A stretch of DNA of 64,000 bases from Minutocellus sp. GHC0000111 (taxonomy: Eukaryota): assembly GCA_977018835.1 (NCBI GenBank), contig OZ361257.1, positions 4,588,001-4,652,000 on the forward strand, read 5' to 3'. This document shows, one piece after another, positions 1 through 11,230 of the stretch (position 1 is the stretch's first letter; each line of letters starts with the position of its first letter). Under the pieces are notes generated by a model. That model was not told the DNA's origin. It saw nothing but the letters and a program-made list of their open reading frames with translations, and made no database searches. The position numbers and the translations under genes were made by a program.

Positions 1-620
1 GCTCCAGTTAGGAGCGCCCTAGTTTTCCCAATGCTGCTGGCGACGCCCACACCACCCACAAAGATGCGTGCTTTGTCTGCAGTGCAATCACAGGACACTG
101 CTCACCACATGCATTCCTTGCTGCTCTCACATGGCAATGAATGGAACATAAGCTTTGGTAGAGATCAGGGTGCTGCTATGGTCAAATATGAGTTGCTCCA
201 GTTAGGAGAGCCCTAACTTTCCCAACGCTGCTGGCGACGCCCACACCACCCACAAAGATATTTTTTTTGGCTGCAGTGCAATCACAGGACACTGCTCATC
301 ACATGCATTCCTTGCTGCTCTCACATGGCAATGAATGGAACGTAAGCTTTGGTAGAGATCAGGGTGCTGCTATGGTCAAACATGAGTTGCTCCAGTTAGG
401 AGCGCCCTGGCTTTCCCAACGCTGCTGGCGACGCCCACACCACCCACAAAGATGCGTGCTTTGGCTGCAGTGCAATCACAAGACACTGCTCACCACATGC
501 ATTCCTTGCTGCTCTCACATGGCAATGAATGGAACATAAGCTTTGGTAGAGATCAGGGTGCTGCTATGGTCAAATGTGAGTTGCTCCGGTTAGGAGCGCC
601 CTAGCTTTCCCAACGCTGCT
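1..620. repeat. Same ~194-bp satellite (~3.2 monomers) upstream of the gap, same orientation
   Basis: Same monomer motifs. 381-620 matches 12661-12900, including the diagnostic variants 'atcacaagac' and 'ctccggttag'. Confidence 0.98.
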
Positions 621-820
621 NNNNNNNNNNNNNNNNNNNNNNNNNNNNNNNNNNNNNNNNNNNNNNNNNNNNNNNNNNNNNNNNNNNNNNNNNNNNNNNN
701 NNNNNNNNNNNNNNNNNNNNNNNNNNNNNNNNNNNNNNNNNNNNNNNNNNNNNNNNNNNNNNNNNNNNNNNNNNNNNNNNNNNNNNNNNNNNNNNNNNNN
801 NNNNNNNNNNNNNNNNNNNN
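621..820. other. Assembly/scaffolding gap (exactly 200 N)
   Basis: Run of 200 N. The monomer phase on either side would need ~147+194n bases, so 200 is a placeholder size. Confidence 0.97.
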
Positions 821-1189
821 ATGTGAGTTGCTCTAGTTAGGAGCGCCCTGCTTTTCCCAACGCTGCTGGCGACGCCCACACCACCCACAAAGATGAGTGC
901 TTTGGCTGCAGTGCAATCACAGGACACTGCTCACCACATGCATTCCTTGCTGCTCTCACATGGCAATGAATGGAACATAAGCTTTGGTAGAGATCAGGGT
1001 GCTGCTATGGTCAAACATGAATTGCTCCAGTTAGGAGCGCAATAGTTTTCCCAACGCTGCTGGCGACGCCCACACCACCCACAAAGATGAGTGCTTTGGC
1101 TGCAGTGCAATCACAGGACACTGCTCACCACATGCATTCCTTGCTGCTCTCACATGGCAATGAATGGAACATAAGCTTTGGTAGAGATC

Positions 1190-4100
1190 AGGGCACTCCT
1201 GTGGTCAAATGTGAGTTGCTCCAGTTAGGACAGCCCTAGTTTTCCCAACGCTGCTGGCGCCGCCCCCACCACCCACAAAGATGAGTGCTTTGGCTGCAGT
1301 GCAATCACAGGACACTGCTCACCACATGCATTCCTTGCTGCTCTCACATGGCAATGAATGGAACATAAGCTTTGGTAGAGATCAGGGTGCTCCTATGGTC
1401 AAATGTGAGTTGCTCCAGTTAGGACAGCCCTAACTTTCCCAACGCTGCTGGCGACGCCCACACCACCCACAAATATGCGTGCTTTGGCTGCAGTGCAATC
1501 ACAGGACACTGCTCACCACATGCATTCCTTGCTGCTCTCACATCGCAATGAATGGAACATAAGCTTTGGTAGAGATCAGGGTGCTGCTATGGTCAAATGT
1601 GAGTTGCTCCAGTTTGGAGAGCACTGATTTTCCCAACGCTGCTTGCTGGCGACTCCCCAACAACCCACAAAGATGAGTGCTTTGGCTGCAGTGCAATCAC
1701 AGGACACTGCTCACCACATGCATTCCTTGCTGCTCTCACATGGCAATGAATGGAACATAAGCTTTGGTAGAGATCAGGGTGCTCCTATGGTCAAATGTGA
1801 GTTGCTCCAGTTAGGACAGCCCTAACTTTCCCAACGCTGCTGGCGACGCCCACACCACCCACAAATATGAGTGCTTTGGCTGCAGTGCAATCACAGGACA
1901 CTGCTCACCACATGCATTCCTTGCTGCTCTCACATGGCAATGAATGGAACATAAGCTTTGGTAGAGATCAGGGTGCTCCTATTATTGATGTGAGTTGCTC
2001 CAGTTAGGAGCGCCCTAGCTTTCCCAAAGCTGCTGGCGACGCCCACAAAGATGAGTGCTTTGGCTGCAGTGCAATCACTGGACACTGCTCACCACATGCA
2101 TTCCTTGCTGCTCTCACATGGCAATGAATGGAACATAAGCTTTGGTAGAGATCAGGGTGCTGCTATGGTCAAATGTGAGTTGCTCCAGTTTGGAGAGCAC
2201 TGATTTTCCCGACGCTGCTTGCTGGCGACTCCCCAACAACCCACAAAGATGAGTGCTTTGGCTGCAGTGCAATCACAGGACACTGCTCACCACATGCATT
2301 CCTTGCTGCTCTCACATGGCAATGAATGGAACATAAGCTTTGGTAGAGATCAGGGTGCTCCTATGGTCAAATGTGAGTTGCTCCAGTTAGGAGCGCCCTA
2401 GTTTTCCCAACGCTGCTGGCGACGCCCACAAAGATGAGTGCTTTGGCTGCAGTGCAATCACTGGACACTGCTCACCACATGCATTCCTTACTGCTCTCAC
2501 ATGGCAATGAAGGAACATAAGCTTTGGTAGAGATCAGGGTGCTCCTGTGGTGACAACTGAGTTGCTCCAGTTAGGAGCGCCCTAGTTTTCCCAATGCTGC
2601 TGGTGACGCCCACACCACCCACAAAGATGCATGCTTTGGCTGCAGTGCAATCACAGGACACTGCTCACCACATGCATTCCTTGCTGCTCTCACATGGCAA
2701 TGAAGGAACATAAGCTTTGGTATAGATCAGGGTGCTCCCATGGTCAAACATGAGTTGCTCCAGTTAGGAGAGCACTGATTTTCCCAACGCTGCTGGCTGG
2801 CGACTCCCCAACCACCCACAAAGATGCATGCTTTGGCTGCAGTGCAATCACAGGACACTGCTCACCACATGCATTCCTTGCTGCTCTCACATGGCAATGA
2901 ATTGAACTAAGCTTTGGCAGAGATCAGGGCACTCCCATGGTCAAATGTGAGTTGCTCCAGTTAGTACAGCCCTAGTTTTCCCAACGCTGCTGGCGACACC
3001 CACACCACCCACAAAGATGCGTGCTTTGGCTGCAGTGCAATCACAGGACACTGCTCACCACATGCATTCCTTGCTGCTCTCACATGGCAATGAATGGAAC
3101 ATAAGCTTTGGTAGAGATCAGGGTGCTGCTATGGTCAAATGTGAGTTGCTCCAGTTTGGAGAGCACTGATTTTCCCAACGCTGCTGGCTGGCAACTCCCC
3201 AACAACCCACAAAGATGAGTGCTTTGGCTGCAGTGCAATCACAGGACACTGCTCACCACATGCATTCCTTGCTGCTCTCACATGGCAATGAATGGAACAT
3301 AAGCTTTGGTAGAGATCAGGGTGCTCCCATGGTCAAATATGAGTTGCTCCAGTTTGGAGAGCACTGATTTTCCCGACGCTGCTTGCTGGCGACTCCCCAA
3401 CAACCCACAAAGATGAGTGCTTTGGCTGCAGTGCAATCACAGGACACTGCTCACCACATGCATTCCTTGCTGCTCTCACATGGCAATGAATGGAACATAA
3501 GCTTTGGTAGAGATCAGGGTGCTCCTATGGTCAAATGTGAGTTGCTCCAGTTAGGACAGCCCTAACTTTCCCAACGCTGCTGGCGACGCCCACACCACCC
3601 ACAAATATGAGTGCTTTGGCTGCAGTGCAATCACAGGACACTGCTCACCACATGCATTCCTTGCTGCTCTCACATGGCAATGAATGGAACATAAGCTTTG
3701 GTAGAGATCAGGGTGCTCCTATGGTCAAATGTGAGTTGCTCCAGTTAGGACAGCCCTAACTTTCCCAACGCTGCTGGCGACGCCCACACCACCCACAAAT
3801 ATGAGTGCTTTGGCTGCAGTGCAATCACAGGACACTGCTCACCACATGCATTCCTTGCTGCTCTCACATGGCAATGAATGGAACATAAGCTTTGGTAGAG
3901 ATCAGGGTGCTCCCATGGTCAAATATGAGTTGCTCCAGTTTGGAGAGCACTGATTTTCCCGACGCTGCTTGCTGGCGACTCCCCAACAACCCACAAAGAT
4001 GAGTGCTTTGGCTGCAGTGCAATCACAGGACACTGCTCACCACATGCATTCCTTGCTGCTCTCACATGGCAATGAATGGAACATAAGCTTTGGTAGAGAT

Positions 4101-7100
4101 CAGGGTGCTCCTATGGTCAAATGTGAGTTGCTCCAGTTAGGAGCGCCCTAGTTTTCCCAACGCTGCTGGCGACGCCCACAAAGATGAGTGCTTTGGCTGC
4201 AGTGCAATCACTGGACACTGCTCACCACATGCATTCCTTACTGCTCTCACATGGCAATGAAGGAACATAAGCTTTGGTAGAGATCAGGGTGCTCCTGTGG
4301 TGACAACTGAGTTGCTCCAGTTAGGAGCGCCCTAGTTTTCCCAATGCTGCTGGTGACGCCCACACCACCCACAAAGATGCATGCTTTGGCTGCAGTGCAA
4401 TCACAGGACACTGCTCACCACATGCATTCCTTGCTGCTCTCACATGGCAATGAAGGAACATAAGCTTTGGTATAGATCAGGGTGCTCCCATGGTCAAACA
4501 TGAGTTGCTCCAGTTAGGAGAGCACTGATTTTCCCAACGCTGCTGGCTGGCGACTCCCCAACCACCCACAAAGATGCATGCTTTGGCTGCAGTGCAATCA
4601 CAGGACACTGCTCACCACATGCATTCCTTGCTGCTCTCACATGGCAATGAATTGAACTAAGCTTTGGCAGAGATCAGGGCACTCCCATGGTCAAATGTGA
4701 GTTGCTCCAGTTAGTACAGCCCTAGTTTTCCCAACGCTGCTGGCGACACCCACACCACCCACAAAGATGCGTGCTTTGGCTGCAGTGCAATCACAGGACA
4801 CTGCTCACCACATGCATTCCTTGCTGCTCTCACATGGCAATGAATGGAACATAAGCTTTGGTAGAGATCAGGGTGCTGCTATGGTCAAATGTGAGTTGCT
4901 CCAGTTTGGAGAGCACTGATTTTCCCAACGCTGCTGGCTGGCAACTCCCCAACAACCCACAAAGATGAGTGCTTTGGCTGCAGTGCAATCACAGGACACT
5001 GCTCACCACATGCATTCCTTGCTGCTCTCACATGGCAATGAATGGAACATAAGCTTTGGTAGAGATCAGGGTGCTCCCATGGTCAAATATGAGTTGCTCC
5101 AGTTTGGAGAGCACTGATTTTCCCGACGCTGCTTGCTGGCGACTCCCCAACAACCCACAAAGATGAGTGCTTTGGCTGCAGTGCAATCACAGGACACTGC
5201 TCACCACATGCATTCCTTGCTGCTCTCACATGGCAATGAATGGAACATAAGCTTTGGTAGAGATCAGGGTGCTCCTATGGTCAAATGTGAGTTGCTCCAG
5301 TTAGGACAGCCCTAACTTTCCCAACGCTGCTGGCGACGCCCACACCACCCACAAATATGAGTGCTTTGGCTGCAGTGCAATCACAGGACACTGCTCACCA
5401 CATGCATTCCTTGCTGCTCTCACATGGCAATGAATGGAACATAAGCTTTGGTAGAGATCAGGGTGCTCCTATGGTCAAATGTGAGTTGCTCCAGTTAGGA
5501 CAGCCCTAACTTTCCCAACGCTGCTGGCGACGCCCACACCACCCACAAATATGAGTGCTTTGGCTGCAGTGCAATCACAGGACACTGCTCACCACATGCA
5601 TTCCTTGCTGCTCTCACATGGCAATGAATGGAACATAAGCTTTGGTAGAGATCAGGGTGCTCCTATTATTGATGTGAGTTGCTCCAGTTAGGAGCGCCCT
5701 AGCTTTCCCAAAGCTGCTGGCGACGCCCACAAAGATGAGTGCTTTGGCTGCAGTGCAATCACTGGACACTGCTCACCACATGCATTCCTTGCTGCTCTCA
5801 CATGGCAATGAATGGAACATAAGCTTTGGTAGAGATCAGGGTGCTGCTATGGTCAAATGTGAGTTGCTCCAGTTTGGAGAGCACTGATTTTCCCGACGCT
5901 GCTTGCTGGCGACTCCCCAACAACCCACAAAGATGAGTGCTTTGGCTGCAGTGCAATCACAGGACACTGCTCACCACATGCATTCCTTGCTGCTCTCACA
6001 TGGCAATGAATGGAACATAAGCTTTGGTAGAGATCAGGGTGCTCCTATGGTCAAATGTGAGTTGCTCCAGTTAGGAGCGCCCTAGTTTTCCCAACGCTGC
6101 TGGCGACGCCCACAAAGATGAGTGCTTTGGCTGCAGTGCAATCACTGGACACTGCTCACCACATGCATTCCTTGCTGCTCTCACATGGCAATGAAGGAAC
6201 ATAAGCTTTGGTAGAGATCAGGGTGCTCCTGTGGTGACAACTGAGTTGCTCCAGTTAGGAGCGCCCTAGTTTTCCCAATGCTGCTGGTGACGCCCACACC
6301 ACCCACAAAGATGCATGCTTTGGCTGCAGTGCAATCACAGGACACTGCTCACCACATGCATTCCTTGCTGCTCTCACATGGCAATGAAGGAACATAAGCT
6401 TTGGTATAGATCAGGGTGCTCCTATGGTCAAACATGAGTTGCTCCAGTTAGGAGAGCACTGATTTTCCCAACGCTGCTGGCTGGCGACTCCCCAACCACC
6501 CACAAAGATGCATGCTTTGGCTGCAGTGCAATCACAGGACACTGCTCACCACATGCATTCCTTGCTGCTCTCACATGGCAATGAATTGAACTAAGCTTTG
6601 GCAGAGATCAGGGCACTCCCATGGTCAAATGTGAGTTGCTCCAGTTAGTACAGCCCTAGTTTTCCCAACGCTGCTGGCGACACCCACACCACCCACAAAG
6701 ATGCGTGCTTTGGCTGCAGTGCAATCACAGGACACTGCTCACCACATGCATTCCTTGCTGCTCTCACATGGCAATGAATGGAACATAAGCTTTGGTAGAG
6801 ATCAGGGTGCTGCTATGGTCAAATGTGAGTTGCTCCAGTTTGGAGAGCACTGATTTTCCCAACGCTGCTGGCTGGCAACTCCCCAACAACCCACAAAGAT
6901 GAGTGCTTTGGCTGCAGTGCAATCACAGGACACTGCTCACCACATGCATTCCTTGCTGCTCTCACATGGCAATGAATGGAACATAAGCTTTGGTAGAGAT
7001 CAGGGTGCTGCTATGGTCAAATGTGAGTTGCTCCAGTTTGGAGAGCACTGATTTTCCCGACGCTGCTTGCTGGCGACTCCCCAACAACCCACAAAGATGA

Positions 7101-10100
7101 GTGCTTTGGCTGCAGTGCAATCACAGGACACTGCTCACCACATGCATTCCTTGCTGCTCTCACATGGCAATGAATGGAACATAAGCTTTGGTATAGATCA
7201 GGGTGCTCCTATGGTCAAACATGAGTTGCTCCAGTTAGGAGAGCACTGATTTTCCCAACGCTGCTGGCTGGCGACTCCCCAACCACCCACAAAGATGCAT
7301 GCTTTGGCTGCAGTGCAATCACAGGACACTGCTCACCACATGCATTCCTTGCTGCTCTCACATGGCAATGAATGGAACATAAGCTTTGGTAGAGATCAGG
7401 GTGCTCCTATGGTCAAATGTGAGTTGCTCCAGTTTGGAGAGCACTGATTTTCCCGACGCTGCTTGCTGGCGACTCCCCAACAACCCACAAAGATGAGTGC
7501 TTTGGCTGCAGTGCAATCACAGGACACTGCTCACCACATGCATTCCTTGCTGCTCTCACATGGCAATGAATGGAACATAAGCTTTGGTAGAGATCAGGGT
7601 GCTCCTATGGTCAAATGTGAGTTGCTCCAGTTAGGAGCGCCCTAGTTTTCCCAACGCTGCTGGCGACGCCCACAAAGATGAGTGCTTTGGCTGCAGTGCA
7701 ATCACTGGACACTGCTCACCACATGCATTCCTTGCTGCTCTCACATGGCAATGAAGGAACATAAGCTTTGGTAGAGATCAGGGTGCTCCTGTGGTGACAA
7801 CTGAGTTGCTCCAGTTAGGAGCGCCCTAGTTTTCCCAATGCTGCTGGTGACGCCCACACCACCCACAAAGATGCATGCTTTGGCTGCAGTGCAATCACAG
7901 GACACTGCTCACCACATGCATTCCTTGCTGCTCTCACATGGCAATGAAGGAACATAAGCTTTGGTATAGATCAGGGTGCTCCCATGGTCAAACATGAGTT
8001 GCTCCAGTTAGGAGAGCACTGATTTTCCCAACGCTGCTGGCTGGCGACTCCCCAACCACCCACAAAGATGCATGCTTTGGCTGCAGTGCAATCACAGGAC
8101 ACTGCTCACCACATGCATTCCTTGCTGCTCTCACATGGCAATGAATTGAACTAAGCTTTGGCAGAGATCAGGGCACTCCCATGGTCAAATGTGAGTTGCT
8201 CCAGTTAGTACAGCCCTAGTTTTCCCAACGCTGCTGGCGACACCCACACCACCCACAAAGATGCGTGCTTTGGCTGCAGTGCAATCACAGGACACTGCTC
8301 ACCACATGCATTCCTTGCTGCTCTCACATGGCAATGAATGGAACATAAGCTTTGGTAGAGATCAGGGTGCTGCTATGGTCAAATGTGAGTTGCTCCAGTT
8401 TGGAGAGCACTGATTTTCCCAACGCTGCTGGCTGGCAACTCCCCAACAACCCACAAAGATGAGTGCTTTGGCTGCAGTGCAATCACAGGACACTGCTCAC
8501 CACATGCATTCCTTGCTGCTCTCACATGGCAATGAATGGAACATAAGCTTTGGTAGAGATCAGGGTGCTCCCATGGTCAAATATGAGTTGCTCCAGTTTG
8601 GAGAGCACTGATTTTCCCGACGCTGCTTGCTGGCGACTCCCCAACAACCCACAAAGATGAGTGCTTTGGCTGCAGTGCAATCACAGGACACTGCTCACCA
8701 CATGCATTCCTTGCTGCTCTCACATGGCAATGAATGGAACATAAGCTTTGGTAGAGATCAGGGTGCTCCCATGGTCAAATATGAGTTGCTCCAGTTTGGA
8801 GAGCACTGATTTTCCCGACGCTGCTTGCTGGCGACTCCCCAACAACCCACAAAGATGAGTGCTTTGGCTGCAGTGCAATCACAGGACACTGCTCACCACA
8901 TGCATTCCTTGCTGCTCTCACATGGCAATGAATGGAACATAAGCTTTGGTAGAGATCAGGGTGCTCCTATGGTCAAATGTGAGTTGCTCCAGTTAGGACA
9001 GCCCTAACTTTCCCAACGCTGCTGGCGACGCCCACACCACCCACAAATATGAGTGCTTTGGCTGCAGTGCAATCACAGGACACTGCTCACCACATGCATT
9101 CCTTGCTGCTCTCACATGGCAATGAATGGAACATAAGCTTTGGTAGAGATCAGGGTGCTCCTATGGTCAAATGTGAGTTGCTCCAGTTAGGACAGCCCTA
9201 ACTTTCCCAACGCTGCTGGCGACGCCCACACCACCCACAAATATGAGTGCTTTGGCTGCAGTGCAATCACAGGACACTGCTCACCACATGCATTCCTTGC
9301 TGCTCTCACATGGCAATGAATGGAACATAAGCTTTGGTAGAGATCAGGGTGCTCCTATTATTGATGTAAGTTGCTCCAGTTAGGAGCGCCCTAGCTTTCC
9401 CAAAGCTGCTGGCGACGCCCACAAAGATGAGTGCTTTGGCTGCAGTGCAATCACTGGACACTGCTCACCACATGCATTCCTTGCTGCTCTCACATGGCAA
9501 TGAATGGAACATAAGCTTTGGTAGAGATCAGGGTGCTGCTATGGTCAAATGTGAGTTGCTCCAGTTTGGAGAGCACTGATTTTCCCGACGCTGCTTGCTG
9601 GCGACTCCCCAACAACCCACAAAGATGAGTGCTTTGGCTGCAGTGCAATCACAGGACACTGCTCACCACATGCATTCCTTGCTGCTCTCACATGGCAATG
9701 AATGGAACATAAGCTTTGGTAGAGATCAGGGTGCTCCTATGGTCAAATGTGAGTTGCTCCAGTTAGGAGCGCCCTAGTTTTCCCAACGCTGCTGGCGACG
9801 CCCACAAAGATGAGTGCTTTGGCTGCAGTGCAATCACTGGACACTGCTCACCACATGCATTCCTTGCTGCTCTCACATGGCAATGAAGGAACATAAGCTT
9901 TGGTAGAGATCAGGGTGCTCCTGTGGTGACAACTGAGTTGCTCCAGTTAGGAGCGCCCTAGTTTTCCCAATGCTGCTGGTGACGCCCACACCACCCACAA
10001 AGATGCATGCTTTGGCTGCAGTGCAATCACAGGACACTGCTCACCACATGCATTCCTTGCTGCTCTCACATGGCAATGAAGGAACATAAGCTTTGGTATA

Positions 10101-11230
10101 GATCAGGGTGCTCCTATGGTCAAACATGAGTTGCTCCAGTTAGGAGAGCACTGATTTTCCCAACGCTGCTGGCTGGCGACTCCCCAACCACCCACAAAGA
10201 TGCATGCTTTGGCTGCAGTGCAATCACAGGACACTGCTCACCACATGCATTCCTTGCTGCTCTCACATGGCAATGAATTGAACTAAGCTTTGGCAGAGAT
10301 CAGGGCACTCCCATGGTCAAATGTGAGTTGCTCCAGTTAGTACAGCCCTAGTTTTCCCAACGCTGCTGGCGACACCCACACCACCCACAAAGATGCGTGC
10401 TTTGGCTGCAGTGCAATCACAGGACACTGCTCACCACATGCATTCCTTGCTGCTCTCACATGGCAATGAATGGAACATAAGCTTTGGTAGAGATCAGGGT
10501 GCTGCTATGGTCAAATGTGAGTTGCTCCAGTTTGGAGAGCACTGATTTTCCCAACGCTGCTGGCTGGCAACTCCCCAACAACCCACAAAGATGAGTGCTT
10601 TGGCTGCAGTGCAATCACAGGACACTGCTCACCACATGCATTCCTTGCTGCTCTCACATGGCAATGAATGGAACATAAGCTTTGGTAGAGATCAGGGTGC
10701 TGCTATGGTCAAATGTGAGTTGCTCCAGTTTGGAGAGCACTGATTTTCCCGACGCTGCTTGCTGGCGACTCCCCAACAACCCACAAAGATGAGTGCTTTG
10801 GCTGCAGTGCAATCACAGGACACTGCTCACCACATGCATTCCTTGCTGCTCTCACATGGCAATGAATGGAACATAAGCTTTGGTATAGATCAGGGTGCTC
10901 CTATGGTCAAACATGAGTTGCTCCAGTTAGGAGAGCACTGATTTTCCCAACGCTGCTGGCTGGCGACTCCCCAACCACCCACAAAGATGCATGCTTTGGC
11001 TGCAGTGCAATCACAGGACACTGCTCACCACATGCATTCCTTGCTGCTCTCACATGGCAATGAATGGAACATAAGCTTTGGTAGAGATCAGGGTGCTCCT
11101 ATGGTCAAATGTGAGTTGCTCCAGTTAGGAGCGCCCTAGTTTTCCCAACGCTGCTGGCGACGCCCACAAAGATGAGTGCTTTGGCTGCAGTGCAATCACT
11201 GGACACTGCTCACCACATGCATTCCTTGCT
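1190..11230. repeat. HOR domain A1: five copies of a 1,164-bp six-monomer cassette with variable linkers (units of 1750, 1934, 1560, 2132 bp); boundaries approximate
   Basis: Marker 'cctgtggtgacaactgag' at 2544, 4294, 6228, 7788, 9920. ORF-track pairs 2219/3383, 3969/5133, 5903/7067, 7463/8627 and 9595/10759 are all 1,164 bp apart. Confidence 0.9.

Noticed and set aside
1..30. tRNA D-arm/A-box resemblance ('gctccagttaggagcgccct', 'gctccagtttggagagcactga', 'agctttggtagag') suggesting a tRNA or SINE array
   Set aside because: No GTTCRA T-loop/B-box at a suitable distance, and no acceptor stem or cloverleaf could be built by eye. tRNAscan-SE or Infernal would settle it.
601..927. 108-aa minus-strand ORF
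   Set aside because: Artefact of translating through the N gap.
821..1014. Alpha satellite/CENP-B box or 5S rDNA identity
   Set aside because: The monomer is 194 bp rather than 171 bp, no TTCG....A..CGGG motif is present, and there is no recognisable 5S rRNA sequence.
1745..1757. 'aatgaatggaac' similarity to (GGAAT)n human satellite II/III
   Set aside because: Only about two degenerate pentamers within a complex monomer, which is expected by chance.
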